A stretch of DNA of 64,000 bases from Granulosicoccus sp. (GCA_023300375.1 JALZWO010000086.1:7917-71916); one strand, 5' to 3'; positions 37,833 through 47,393 are shown, numbered from the stretch's first letter. Notes: generated from the letters alone by a model not told the origin. Translations and numbers: made by a program.

Positions 37833-40477
37833 CGGCTAGGCTTAGGCGGACTATTGCTCAAGTTTTCAAGCAGGCTGTCCTCGCGCTTGCCACTGAACAA
37901 GCGGGCAGGCAGTTTCTCAAAAGCGCTGATCAACGCTAGAGCTACTGCGGCCATATACGGTGTGCTTTGAACAACCAGTAGCGCTATCCACATTTTCGTG
38001 TCGCTAAGATAAGCGTCATCCCGAAATGCAATTGCAATAGCAGCCACCAGGAGCCCAGCACAAAGAAAAGCTTCCTCACGTGCATCCATAAGCGCTTGTT
38101 TAACAGAATACGTTGAGCCCACCTTTGGCGTTCTAAAAAACCCGATTGATGACGTTCGCAGGCCTGCAAACATGGCTCGAGAAACAGTGTGTGAAACGGC
38201 AAGGCCGGCAATGCCTGCACCAATGCTCTGCAAAAAAGTGGCTTTCATTCGCCAGCGGTAAAGCACTAGCATTTTCGACAACTTGAACACAAAGAACGCA
38301 ATGGGTAACAGGCTGAGCATGATCTCTGGTGGGTTGTACTCATGAGGAGACAGAACCATCAGCACCGAGTACATCAATGCCACGCAGTTGAATATAAGGC
38401 ACAGGCCGTCTGCTACCCAAGGCACCCAGCCCGCTAGAAAATGGTAGCGCTGCCCAGCGTTAAGCTTCGAACGATTTAGCCGTAGGAAGTAGCGCATGTG
38501 ATGGCGCAGTATGAGTACAGAGCCGTAAGCCCAACGAAAGCGCTGCTTCTTGTAGTCAAGAAAATTGTCCGGCATCAACCCTCGTCCATAGGACTTGGGA
38601 ATGTAGGATGCTTTATAGCCCTGCTCAAGAATACGTAAGCCTAGCTCGGCGTCTTCAGTGATACACCAGTTTGCCCAGCCGTCGACTTCGTCAAGAGCAC
38701 TTCGTCTCACGATAGTCATTGTGCCGTGTTGAATGATCGCATTACGTGCATCACGATTGACCATGCCAATACCGAAAAATCCCGCGTATTCTGCATATAT
38801 CATTGACTTGAACAGGCTTTCGTCGGCGTCTCTGTAATCTTGTGGCGCTTGAACAATTGCAATTTGAGGGTCATAGAATGCAGCCATACATTCGTCCAGC
38901 CATTGCGGATCAACGGCGTAGTCACTATCAATGACGGCAATAAAATCGGCATCGCTGGCTGTGTGCTGCAAGGCGTAATTAAGAGCGCCCGCTTTAAAGC
39001 CTTTAAGTGGACTGACGTGATGAAACTGGAATCGATCATCTTGTCTTTGGCACCAGCTCTCAACGGGCATCCAACATGAGGAGTCTTCGGTGTTGTTATC
39101 AACAACGACGACTTCGAAGTTTTGGTAGGCGAGGTTTCTCAGGGCGGCGAGTGTTTCAATCACCATCTCTGGTGGTTCGTTATAGATAGGTACGTGAATA
39201 GACACCTTAGGCTTTGTGCGCAGCGTGGATTCATCTGGGTGTTTGTTCTTGCTAACGAGCCGGCGTTGCCATATGGCTTCAGCCCATTCGTGCGCCTCGG
39301 TTAACAAAACGATGCTGATACAAAATGCCGCCAATAGCAGCCCGATGCCGATAATAACCTGCTCCCAGGTCATGTACTTTTGCGAATAGTCGTAAATCAT
39401 CCAGACAACAGCGGTTGACACTGTCAGGGAGACAAGCACCAGAAAGCCGCGGCCTCCGTGAACCAAGCCACTACTGTCACGCAATAGTAGCGCGAGTATC
39501 AGGACTGCAAAGCCCAGTGAGAATCCGGCTATTGCGCGCCATTCAGGCACTGGCGTTACAGGCGCTGCAAACGGGAATTTAGGTTGCCGTTCGGCATTGA
39601 AGATTCCCCAGTACCGACCTACGGCACCTTCATCGGTTTTCCAGATTTGATCGAATGCTTCGAGTACAAAGTAGTTGACGTTGTTTTTTTCGGCTTGATC
39701 AAGAAATTGCCGAAGAAATTTCGCCTGATTTTGTAGCGATGGATACGCACCAAACCGTTGTCGGCCCTGGCTTGGCCAGCCCACCTCACCTAGTACGATG
39801 GGTTTGAAGGTGAATTCGTTCTGCAGTTGCTTGTAACGTCTAACTACATACTCTGGCGATTGCCACGCAGGAATACCTTCCCAATAGGGCAAGACGTGTG
39901 CTGTGATGAAGTCGACTTCTTTGGACAATGCTCGATTTTTTAGCCAGATATCCCAGGTTTCAGCAACAGTGACAGGTATAAAGCCTGCTAATTCTTGCAC
40001 CTGTCTTACATAGGCCGTGAGTTGTTTGCTGGTAATTTCATTGCGTAACAGCACTTCGTTGCCAACAACAATGCCCGTAATGTTTGCAGGGTTTTTTGCC
40101 AGCATCTGGCGCAGTCCGGCCAGCTCTTCCTCGTTTCGCTCAAGGTCACTGGAGATCCACAACCCGACCATAACCTTTAAGCCATGTTCAGCTGCCAGTT
40201 CTGGCACCAGTTTAAGCGTGCTTTCAACCGAATACGTTCGCACACTTTTGACTTTCGGAGCCAGTAACGCCAAATCCCTACTGATTTGGTTAGCGCTGGG
40301 ATACGCGGTGGGGCGTTGCGGAGATTGTCCAGGGCGGAATGGAGAGAACGAGACGCCTTGAATGGTAGTTGGCCACGCAGGTACGTAATCTGGGCGATTA
40401 AAGAGTGCCCATACAGACACCAGTAAGGCGCCGGCTAGGCCAATGATAATCCAGGATGCGCGATCTATTTTGAACAC
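37829..40477 (-). CDS. ndvB: GH17 + GT2 periplasmic (cyclic) beta-1,3-glucan synthase, NdvB-like
   Basis: GH17 motifs VGNEVLLR and LGEVGWPS; GT2 motifs VSIHVPIYNEP, DSDY, TEDAELG and QRFRW. GTG 40477 preferred over 40579. Confidence 0.85.
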   Translation of the reverse strand: MFKIDRASWIIIGLAGALLVSVWALFNRPDYVPAWPTTIQGVSFSPFRPGQSPQRPTAYPSANQISRDLALLAPKVKSVRTYSVESTLKLVPELAAEHGLKVMVGLWISSDLERNEEELAGLRQMLAKNPANITGIVVGNEVLLRNEITSKQLTAYVRQVQELAGFIPVTVAETWDIWLKNRALSKEVDFITAHVLPYWEGIPAWQSPEYVVRRYKQLQNEFTFKPIVLGEVGWPSQGRQRFGAYPSLQNQAKFLRQFLDQAEKNNVNYFVLEAFDQIWKTDEGAVGRYWGIFNAERQPKFPFAAPVTPVPEWRAIAGFSLGFAVLILALLLRDSSGLVHGGRGFLVLVSLTVSTAVVWMIYDYSQKYMTWEQVIIGIGLLLAAFCISIVLLTEAHEWAEAIWQRRLVSKNKHPDESTLRTKPKVSIHVPIYNEPPEMVIETLAALRNLAYQNFEVVVVDNNTEDSSCWMPVESWCQRQDDRFQFHHVSPLKGFKAGALNYALQHTASDADFIAVIDSDYAVDPQWLDECMAAFYDPQIAIVQAPQDYRDADESLFKSMIYAEYAGFFGIGMVNRDARNAIIQHGTMTIVRRSALDEVDGWANWCITEDAELGLRILEQGYKASYIPKSYGRGLMPDNFLDYKKQRFRWAYGSVLILRHHMRYFLRLNRSKLNAGQRYHFLAGWVPWVADGLCLIFNCVALMYSVLMVLSPHEYNPPEIMLSLLPIAFFVFKLSKMLVLYRWRMKATFLQSIGAGIAGLAVSHTVSRAMFAGLRTSSIGFFRTPKVGSTYSVKQALMDAREEAFLCAGLLVAAIAIAFRDDAYLSDTKMWIALLVVQSTPYMAAVALALISAFEKLPARLFSGKREDSLLENLSNSPPKPSR

Positions 40478-40803
40478 AGTTTCTTCAGTTTGGGTGCACC
40501 GCAGACTCGGCAGCTCAACAATTTTGGGCTCTTCGTCCGTGCGCGTGAAATTAGCCTGCGTGTCACGTTTGACTCGCAAGAATTTTTACTAACATGAGGG
40601 GTATGAGTTGTCTGTAATGTGATAGTTTGGAAAAAGTATGAATCTCACAACGGCATAATAGATGTGTTAGGTAAAAAATCGTTGTAAAACAATACCTTAA
40701 AAAATACACGCTCACCGTTACAATATCGTTGTTTACAATGCTCCGTCAAACGGAGAGTGCCCGTTATGTGAGTTGTGTAGCAGTTGAGCTGCATTCACAT
40801 TTC

Positions 40804-41517
40804 TTATTGAGAGCGCTTGCGCACAACATGGTGTCTGGGGTTTACGTTGATCTCGCCCACAATGGCTCTATCGGCGGAAAACAACATGTGCAACAGCGCC
40901 TCAGCAATATCAACCGCCAGTAAGGCCTGCGAGGGTTCGGGCCCCGGTTCGAAGCTCAAGTTGTCAAAAAAGTCGGTTCTGACGCTCCCCGGATTAATGA
41001 TGCCGACATGGCAGTTTGCACCAGCCACTTCAGCGGAGAGGGCTTGGGCTGCACCGCGCAAACCGAATTTTGCAGCACTGTATAGCGTGCCGTATCGAGC
41101 ACCCTGAAGCGCACTGCTTGAGCCTATGAAGATAACATTGCTCCGCGTGCGGCTTCTTAAGGTAGGTAGGCACGCTCTAACCAAGCTGATGGGGCTCACC
41201 AGGTTGAACATCAAGCTTTGTTGAATTTGCGTGGCCGAGAAATTTTCTAGTGACCCTATATGGCCGACACCTGCATTGCACACGATGGCGTCTATGGGGT
41301 GATTTTCGATAATACCTTGCAGTAGGTCAACACTGGCCGGTATATCACTTAGATCGATGCTGTAATGGGTTTCACTGGAAGGCATCTGTGGCGCAGGGAG
41401 GCGTGACAAAGACACCACGTCGATGCCCTTTGCTGCTAGCGCATCACAGCAAGCGCGGCCGATGCCTCGGCTGCCACCTGTAATCAATACGCATTGGGGT
41501 TTGTGCATTCCCGTCAC
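40804..41517 (-). CDS. Short-chain dehydrogenase/reductase
   Basis: TGGSRGIG, NAG, GSSS and YSAAK. Confidence 0.92.
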   Translation of the reverse strand: MTGMHKPQCVLITGGSRGIGRACCDALAAKGIDVVSLSRLPAPQMPSSETHYSIDLSDIPASVDLLQGIIENHPIDAIVCNAGVGHIGSLENFSATQIQQSLMFNLVSPISLVRACLPTLRSRTRSNVIFIGSSSALQGARYGTLYSAAKFGLRGAAQALSAEVAGANCHVGIINPGSVRTDFFDNLSFEPGPEPSQALLAVDIAEALLHMLFSADRAIVGEINVNPRHHVVRKRSQ

Positions 41518-41533
41518 TCCGGATTCGGCTGAA

Positions 41534-42517
41534 TCAACTGCAGGGGAACAGCTGATCAGCTGTTATGACTTCGTCTAGACGTTGCATGCAATACGCGCGC
41601 ATAGCTTCCTCAGTTCTACAGGGGTAGCTCATTATGCCGTTGCGTGAATCCATCGGCGCTGAGAGCAGACGTGCGTCCGGATACAGTCGGACCAATTTTT
41701 TGTGAAACCCTTTTGGCAAACGGAAGACGCCCAGGCTGACGGAGTGAACAAGACTCATATCTAGCGCGGCGAACACTTCATCGAACATGCCGCCATACTG
41801 TGATTCAAAATTGTCGCAATACAGTAAAGGGTCGAAGCGCAAGCCAATCGGCCAACCTGCATCCTGTAGTTGTTTTAATGCGCTAAGTCGTTTTTTCAAT
41901 GAGGGTGTTCCATGTTCCTCACTGGCGACGATGTCCTGCGGAGAGAGGCTGAAAGCGGTCACTACGTTCGGCATGGGATCGTGTTTGAAAATGCTGCGTA
42001 GCTGCGTGCTTTTGGTGCGAAGTTCCAGATGAGCTTGAGGCGTCTTTTTAAAATGATTCAGGCAATCATCAATGAAGCCAGTGATGGGATCTAAGGCTAG
42101 GGAGTCGCAATCGTAGCCAGAGAAAAACCAAACCGGTTTGTCATGTTCTGCACACACAGTATCGATGTCGGTAAAAAAATCTTCTGAGTTAACAAACACC
42201 ACATAGTTAGCTGACGAGTACATGCCTTGCAGAAAACAGTAGCGGCAGTCGTACACGCAGTTCAGCATGTGTGCGAAGTAGTAGTTATGTTCGCCGCCAA
42301 TGTGGTATCCGGGAGGGGTGGGCAACACACGTCTGCCTGGCTTGTTGGCCAGAATCAGGGCTGGATTGCTTTTCTGTAGACGGAAATCCTGTGACGCTGA
42401 GTTGAATACATCGCCATAGCGTTCAATGTCTATCACGCGGGCTCGCGGATAGCGATTGAGAATGTCCCGCGTGCGATGATGGTCTCGAATTCCCTGTTCT
42501 ACATAAACAGTTTGCAT
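41534..42517 (-). CDS. Spore-photoproduct-lyase-like radical SAM protein
   Basis: CVYDCRYCFLQG (CxxxCxxC), ELRTKS, FSLSP, SLKKRL and RFDPL. Confidence 0.85.
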   Translation of the reverse strand: MQTVYVEQGIRDHHRTRDILNRYPRARVIDIERYGDVFNSASQDFRLQKSNPALILANKPGRRVLPTPPGYHIGGEHNYYFAHMLNCVYDCRYCFLQGMYSSANYVVFVNSEDFFTDIDTVCAEHDKPVWFFSGYDCDSLALDPITGFIDDCLNHFKKTPQAHLELRTKSTQLRSIFKHDPMPNVVTAFSLSPQDIVASEEHGTPSLKKRLSALKQLQDAGWPIGLRFDPLLYCDNFESQYGGMFDEVFAALDMSLVHSVSLGVFRLPKGFHKKLVRLYPDARLLSAPMDSRNGIMSYPCRTEEAMRAYCMQRLDEVITADQLFPCS

Positions 42518-42527
42518 GGTCGGTCGC

Positions 42528-43328
42528 TCAGAGTGCCTTATAAATAAACGGGAGTTCGTCGAGTTGTTGCTGTAGGTGTTTGCGCAATTGCGAGGCGCTG
42601 CCTATGTGTTCTGGCCATGTAGGCGTCGTGTCTGCAATGTTGATGTAGCGGTGTAATAAGTCACGCAGCAAATGAGTGTCGTTAACTGTGTGATGAGCCA
42701 ATGTGTTTGCACTATCAACTAAAGAGCTGATGGTTGCTTGCTGGTTGTAAGCCTGAGTGAATTGGCTCTGTTGCAACGTCTCAATTAAAGGGCTAATGGA
42801 GGACATCGCAGAGCGCATGAGTTGCGACACACTGGCCTTGTTGATGTTTTCGATAGGGTGGTCTGGGTTGTCAGACACCACTTTCACGCAATGCACTTGG
42901 CTGGTGGACAAGTAGTGACTGGCAGCGCTGAATACACCCGCAGCTTCCATATCAAACACAATGCCCTGAGTATAGTGGGTATCAGGTTGGTCCAGTGATT
43001 CGACCACAGAGGAGGGCAGCGATGTAAAGCTCTGTGCATTGGGCAGGTGTGGATACCATTGTGCATGGCTTGCTCGGTCAGTTACACGTTGCGCCAGCAG
43101 GGCCTGTCCATAGGGGTATGGGCCACCAGCAATGCCGATATTGAGTACAGCCATAATGTTTGGATACGCTTGAAGCGCTGCTGCCGTGTGCGCAGCGGCA
43201 TTGAGCTTACCCATGCCAGTTTCTATCACCAACAGATCATCAGTTTTAGTTTGCCAGGCACGCAGATGCCGGGTGGTGCATTGCGCTAGTTTGTAGGTGT
43301 CGAGGAGTGCTCTTGTCTCGGCTGGCAT
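42528..43328 (-). CDS. Nucleoside phosphorylase / MTAN-like protein (PNP_UDP_1 fold); N-terminus probably extends upstream
   Basis: TGMGKLNAA, LNIGIAG, FDMEAAG and KVVSD. Confidence 0.8.
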   Translation of the reverse strand: MPAETRALLDTYKLAQCTTRHLRAWQTKTDDLLVIETGMGKLNAAAHTAAALQAYPNIMAVLNIGIAGGPYPYGQALLAQRVTDRASHAQWYPHLPNAQSFTSLPSSVVESLDQPDTHYTQGIVFDMEAAGVFSAASHYLSTSQVHCVKVVSDNPDHPIENINKASVSQLMRSAMSSISPLIETLQQSQFTQAYNQQATISSLVDSANTLAHHTVNDTHLLRDLLHRYINIADTTPTWPEHIGSASQLRKHLQQQLDELPFIYKAL

Positions 43329-43435
43329 GGCCGTGATAACGCAAACGACAGGCTGGTGGGTTAGTTTGCTGATGGGGTGATTTATGAACAGTGCGGGCTA
43401 AGCGTTACAATGATAGGCGTAACGGCTCTATTTAG

Positions 43436-43813
43436 GTGCCGCAATCTCAAACGATGCACACAACCGAGGGCAGTATCTTGCTAATTTCCAACCTTGAATT
43501 TCTTCCTGGAAGAACCGTCAACAAGCATCTGGGCCTGGTGCAGGGCAGTTCTGTGCGGTCCAAGCACGTAGGGCGCGATATTGCAGCCTCCTTCAAGAAC
43601 TTCTTTGGTGGTGAGCTAAAGGGCTACACCGAGCTCTTGGCAGACTCACGCGATGAGGCTACTGAAAGAATGCTGGAGCAGGCTAAAAGCATTGGTGCCA
43701 ATGCCGTTCTCAATATTCGCTACAGTACGTCAAGCATTGCCGCGGGGGCTGCTGAGATTTTTGTGTACGGCACGGCTGTGGAGTTGGTGGACCAGCCTGG
43801 CACTCATGAATAG
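43436..43813 (+). CDS. YbjQ/UPF0145 family protein
   Basis: GLVQGSSVRSKHVGRD, GGELKGYT, GANAV and YGTAV. Confidence 0.9.
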   Translation: MPQSQTMHTTEGSILLISNLEFLPGRTVNKHLGLVQGSSVRSKHVGRDIAASFKNFFGGELKGYTELLADSRDEATERMLEQAKSIGANAVLNIRYSTSSIAAGAAEIFVYGTAVELVDQPGTHE

Positions 43814-44336
43814 CGTGCTGATTCAGGCAGGTTTAGCCGTTGGCTTGCTCATACTGGGTTACCTGTTTGGCACCATTGCTGAAAAACGACACTATAAAAA
43901 AATTCGGCAAAGAGAGGCTAGTAGTGCTCATTTGCCCGTGATAGCCAGTCGATACCCTCCCGAAGATCGTATTTACGAACAACGATTGGTTCGGGGCGAA
44001 GTGGTGATCTCATCAGACTACTTCAAAGGTTTTCTAGCCGGGTTGGTGAATTTTTTTGGTGGGCGGGTAACACCTTTTGAAAGTTTGCTCGACCGTGCGC
44101 GTCGAGAGGCCATTTTGCGTATGAAAGAGCGAGCCTCCGAGCAAGGTGCAGCTTATGTATTTAATATCAAATTTGATACAACACGAATTGCCACTGGGCG
44201 ATTAGCTGCCATGGAAGTGCTCGCCTATGGGACCGCTATGGTGCCCAGTGCGGAGACGGGTCCGACTCTTGACGATGCCGTTGGTGGGATGCTCTTAAAT
44301 AATTCAGATGCCATGACGACAAATACACAGATTTAA
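43806..44336 (+). CDS. Membrane-anchored YbjQ-like protein
   Basis: N-terminal TM helix, LVRGEVVISSDYFK, RARREAILRM and AYGTA. ATG 43806 overlaps the upstream gene by 8 nt. Confidence 0.85.
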   Translation: MNSVLIQAGLAVGLLILGYLFGTIAEKRHYKKIRQREASSAHLPVIASRYPPEDRIYEQRLVRGEVVISSDYFKGFLAGLVNFFGGRVTPFESLLDRARREAILRMKERASEQGAAYVFNIKFDTTRIATGRLAAMEVLAYGTAMVPSAETGPTLDDAVGGMLLNNSDAMTTNTQI

Positions 44337-44340
44337 GGAA

Positions 44341-45198
44341 TTGCCCATGCAGTATGAAAATCGGCAGCCAACCGACGGCATCAATGTCACCAAAACCCGT
44401 CCCTTAGTGCAGTTTGTGCAGCTGGGTGTGGCTGCGGCTGTTCTTATTGTTTTGCTAGTGGTGGTATTGCAAGTGTCTGGTGGTTGGGTGGCCAAGCGCG
44501 TGCCCTTTAGCTTTGAATTACGAGTAATGCAAGAGCTGGATGTGGATTTTGGCCATAACAGCGAGCATCCGCAAATGGCGGCTTACCTCAATGAACTTGC
44601 GCAAAAAGTTAGCCTGAATATGGAGCTGCCTGATACGTTTGAATTCACGGTGCACTACAACAATCAAGATGTGTTTAATGCCTTTGCAACGATTGGCGGC
44701 AACTTGATGTTCTACAAAGGTTTGCTGGAGGATATGCCAAATGAGAATACGCTGGCCATGGTCATGGCACATGAAATTGCCCATGTTGTGCATCGCGATC
44801 CGGTGGCTTCGCTTGGTGGTGGTGTAGCCAGTACCCTGGCCTTGTTAGCGTTGACAGGTTCAACAGGCTCAAACATGGCAGGCTCGGTGTTAAGCAATGC
44901 CGGTACAGTCACCTCCATGCAATTCACACGAGGCATGGAACAATCGGCTGACGAGACGGCTGTAGCCGCTATGTACAACGTGTACGGGCACCTCAATGGG
45001 GCTGCACAATTATTCAAGCTGTTCAGTGACGCACGTGGTCCTGAATCACAAGGCTCAAAACTACTCGAAGGTTTCCTGAGTACGCACCCCCTGGATGAGA
45101 ACAGAGTGCTTGCCGTGCAAGAGCGAGCAGGCCTTGAGGGCTGGTCGCTAGAGGGTGAGCTTACTGCTTTGCCGGAAGGGTTTGCGAGTTGGCTATAG
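44341..45198 (+). CDS. M48 family metallopeptidase, membrane-anchored
   Basis: NAFATIGG, HEIAH, E..AD and STHP. Confidence 0.9.
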   Translation: MPMQYENRQPTDGINVTKTRPLVQFVQLGVAAAVLIVLLVVVLQVSGGWVAKRVPFSFELRVMQELDVDFGHNSEHPQMAAYLNELAQKVSLNMELPDTFEFTVHYNNQDVFNAFATIGGNLMFYKGLLEDMPNENTLAMVMAHEIAHVVHRDPVASLGGGVASTLALLALTGSTGSNMAGSVLSNAGTVTSMQFTRGMEQSADETAVAAMYNVYGHLNGAAQLFKLFSDARGPESQGSKLLEGFLSTHPLDENRVLAVQERAGLEGWSLEGELTALPEGFASWL

Positions 45199-45218
45199 CT
45201 ATCCACAGCCGGTACATG

Positions 45219-46286
45219 TTAAACATCTTGTGCGTGGCGCCAGATGTCGTGAGTAATTTGAGTGGCTGATTTTACTTGAGCCAGTCTGGCACTCTGGCCA
45301 GCCCATGCTTGCATACCGTCTATTTTTTTGTTCGAAGCAGCTGCTGCTCGCATGGCCTGAGTTAGTGCACGCTGAATCGGATAAGGGGCTGGGTGGGGTG
45401 CGTCGGCACGCTCCATAGCTAGTGCGTATTGAGTGGCTATGCTGCGTCCTGCTCTACCCGAAAATGCTTTGGTTACTATCGTGTCCTCGGGTTGTGCATT
45501 GCCAATGGCGTCAGACCAAGTTTGTGCAATAGTAGATTCAGTTGCTCGTAAAAAGCCTGTGCCAATTTGAACAGCAGATGCTCCAAGCATAAGTGCTGCA
45601 GCCGTGGTGCGCCCGTCTGCTATTCCCCCCGATGCAATAATGGGTAGAGTCACCGTATCAGCCACCGCCGGAATCAATGACAATAACCCCACGCTATAGC
45701 GCATAGCGTCTTCAGGGTTGAAAGAACCCGAATGCCCGCCACCTTCGTGGCCCTTCGCAATAATGGCATCAGCACCAGCGGCCTCAGCTTCTATGGCTTC
45801 TGCAACGGTTGTAATATTTGCGAACCACTTGATGCCTTTGGCTTTCATGCGTTCTATAAATTGGGCATCAAACAATCCCATGATTGATGAAATTACAGGA
45901 GGCGCAACATCTAGTATCGCTTCACACTGGGCGTTAAAATCTGGCGGTGTATTGTTAGCTGCATCGGCACTAAGCTCTGGCCCCCATTGGGCTAAAAAAG
46001 CGCGTAGTTCAATTTCATGATCTGGATTTCGTACTGGTGTTGCATCAGGAATCCATAGGTTTAATTGAAAAGGGGCATTGGTTTGTGCGCGAAATTCAGC
46101 AGCCCATTGCTTGATGGCATCCGGCTGCATGAGTAGAGCGCCACAAGCACCCATGCCACCACCTTTAGCCACCGCCACCGATAAACCCACCGGGCAAGCG
46201 CCGGCCATAGGCCCAAGTAAAATGGGGCATTGCAAATTAAATTGTGCAGCGAATTGTTCAGCGCGTGTGATATATGAATGATTCAC
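45219..46286 (-). CDS. Nitronate monooxygenase family flavoprotein
   Basis: PILLGPMAG, FQLNLW, EGGGHSG and ASGGIADG. Confidence 0.9.
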   Translation of the reverse strand: MNHSYITRAEQFAAQFNLQCPILLGPMAGACPVGLSVAVAKGGGMGACGALLMQPDAIKQWAAEFRAQTNAPFQLNLWIPDATPVRNPDHEIELRAFLAQWGPELSADAANNTPPDFNAQCEAILDVAPPVISSIMGLFDAQFIERMKAKGIKWFANITTVAEAIEAEAAGADAIIAKGHEGGGHSGSFNPEDAMRYSVGLLSLIPAVADTVTLPIIASGGIADGRTTAAALMLGASAVQIGTGFLRATESTIAQTWSDAIGNAQPEDTIVTKAFSGRAGRSIATQYALAMERADAPHPAPYPIQRALTQAMRAAAASNKKIDGMQAWAGQSARLAQVKSATQITHDIWRHAQDV

Positions 46287-46589
46287 TGCGTTAATACCCT
46301 CTTGTTCCTAGTTGCATTAAGCCTCACCAACGACAGATTCATTACATCACTCGTTGATGCTAACGGCCATGAAATTCGCTATGCTCGGTTAACCGTTTAC
46401 AACCTGGTCAACGGCTGCCATCAGTGTTGGAGAGCTAGCTTGGAGGATACACGTGTATCTTTTTCTGAACATCGAAATTGCGTTCGAAAGTTGCTGTATT
46501 TACATCTTTGTGAATTCAGATTTATTCAACTTAGCGCCCTACGATATGTTTCAGAACAGCCGTAGGTATCTATATATTAGTGATTAATC

Positions 46590-46850
46590 ATGCTATTTAA
46601 AAAAATATTTCCGAATCTGCACAAGTACGCCATACTCTTAGCATGCCTTCCTGCAGTTATTACCTACGATTGGATTACTGATCATTCAGGCCTCCGGCCT
46701 GGTCATCCCGATCAAATCGAGCTTGCTCGATATCTTGGAAGGTTTTGTGTTGGTGTCACAAGTTGGCTTTCCTACATTTGGATTGCTGACAAAGGAATTA
46801 GAAGGTATTTAAAATTCCGCAATCGCAATGAACACAATAAAAGCGAGTAG
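46590..46850 (+). CDS. Small hypothetical membrane protein (86 aa)
   Basis: Free-standing AT-rich ORF with two moderately hydrophobic segments and a basic C-terminus; no recognisable family. Confidence 0.5.
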   Translation: MLFKKIFPNLHKYAILLACLPAVITYDWITDHSGLRPGHPDQIELARYLGRFCVGVTSWLSYIWIADKGIRRYLKFRNRNEHNKSE

Positions 46851-46953
46851 CCGAAATACTGCAAAATCGATCGCTGTAGCAACTGTATCTGCATTGTTAT
46901 ACATTACATAAAGCGTTTACCGAACATCCCTCTTGCACTAGAGCCATAGCCGC

Positions 46954-47127
46954 CGTCTGCAGCCGACTGACTGCTATTGACTCTACCGCCGCCAGAGCCA
47001 TTGTCAGTATCTCACGCGTTGTTGTTCTTCTTCACTAAGCTTCGAACGACGCCCGCTAATCCAATCCGCTTTTCTCGCCTCAATCATTCTATCTTGTGGT
47101 TTACGGTGAACAGATTCCCTGTGCAAA
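46954..47127 (-). pseudogene. Possible serine recombinase (resolvase) C-terminal remnant
   Basis: Frameshifted pieces FAQ / RESVHRKPQDRMIEARKADWISGRRSKLSEEEQQRV / LAAVESIAVSRLQT resemble resolvase helix E, the GR hinge and the HTH. Confidence 0.35.
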
Positions 47128-47215
47128 GTGTTCGTCTTTTTTATTACTAAAGCGGTCCGTCGTTGAATACTGAATCAGGATGACTTTAGGTGCTCACGGG
47201 CGTTAGTTATTTAAA

Positions 47216-47393
47216 AACGAAAACACTAGAATCAAATTGTGCCTGAGTGCCTTTTGAGGGCTGAGTAGCATTGTTCAATAGCGTCTGAATTAGCTTGCAC
47301 GCCAACTCAATGAACGCCCAAGCAAGACATTCAACTATCGAACCCCAGCTGATAAATTTAATGAGTGTGTTGTGTTGACCTGTTGAACCTGCC
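47216..47393 (+). mobile_element. IS30-family transposase 3' remnant with probable right end
   Basis: One frame reads NENT...Q*RLN*LARQLNERPSKTFNYRTPADKFNECVVLTC* with three internal stops, matching the IS30 C-terminus (NENTNG...LNxRPRKxLxxxTP). It is followed by TTGAACCTGCC. Confidence 0.85.

Noticed and set aside
46278-46565. 95-aa ORF with a YD/RHS-like stretch (LVDANGHEIRY)
   Set aside because: Its start overlaps the divergent NMO start and only one short motif matches; not supportable as an RHS toxin remnant.
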